Source of the DNA: Octopus sinensis
Lineage: Eukaryota
DNA: 64,000 nt
NCBI RefSeq assembly: GCF_006345805.1
Contig: NC_043010.1
Location: forward strand, 53,010,001-53,074,000
Reading direction: 5' to 3'
Position 1 is the first letter of the stretch; every line of letters begins with the position of its first letter. The position numbers and the translations under genes were made by a program. Positions 63,571 to 64,000 of the stretch are shown here, in pieces. The notes below the pieces were generated by a model. The model was not told the DNA's origin, did no database searches, and saw only the letters and a program-made list of their open reading frames with translations.

Positions 63571-63710
63571 AAGCGGTTTCCGTATTATGTCCTCATACAT
63601 GTATAGATACATGCATAGATAAATGCATGCTTACACACATGCATGAATACATACATGCTTACATACACACACATGCACACAAACACGTACATACATATAT
63701 ACATACATAA

Positions 63711-63757
<47 letters not shown>

Positions 63758-63922
63758 ATATATATAATATATATATATATTATATATATATATATATAGG
63801 GGTTTGTATGATTGTGTATAGAGGAATTATTGAATATTAAATATTAAGGGACTAGTATACTTTCTTGCATTTAAGCAGTCTTCAAGGACCCAAGTTGTGA
63901 TAGGAATGTTTCATCTATGTTT

Positions 63923-63972
<50 letters not shown>

Positions 63973-64000
63973 GGGTGAAATTCAACACATAGAACCACAA

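Noticed and set aside
3291-63840. Dozens of YI-, TH-, CV- and LS-repeat ORFs in the six-frame track
   Set aside because: They are translations of (TA)n, (CA)n, (CATA)n, (TATC)n and (GA)n microsatellites, with no domain content.

Overview
Eukaryotic, AT-rich, repeat-saturated non-coding DNA with one 100-N scaffold gap. The SINE, mariner and Penelope content and the (TA)n/(CATA)n load look most like a coleoid cephalopod such as Octopus (inference, not verified). I cannot support any host protein-coding exon; most ORFs in the track are translated microsatellites. The window holds decayed Tc1/mariner, Penelope-like (PLE), RTE, RTEX and R4/Dong-type fragments, a small Helitron, a MITE and about 30 copies or fragments of tRNA-derived SINEs (working names A-E). 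The main signal not shown by the ORF track is a dense set of type I hammerhead ribozyme (HHR) motifs (CUGANGA...GAAA...NUH, short palindromic stem III), all found by hand. Eight have complete or nearly complete cores (4308-, 4689+, 5024-, 9537+, 19409+, 22274+, 38077-, 54682-) and about ten are degenerate. They fall into many unrelated sequence families, sit mostly in (TA)n tracts (three inside SINE A copies), and are often duplicated as inverted or fold-back copies. Three families have unusually long stem II arms (55-78 nt). One element fuses a tRNA-Ser-like Pol III head to an HHR-bearing tail. PLE hammerheads and retrozymes are known in general; whether these particular architectures are described needs a database check. 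All alignments, folds and coordinates were read manually and may be off by a few bases.
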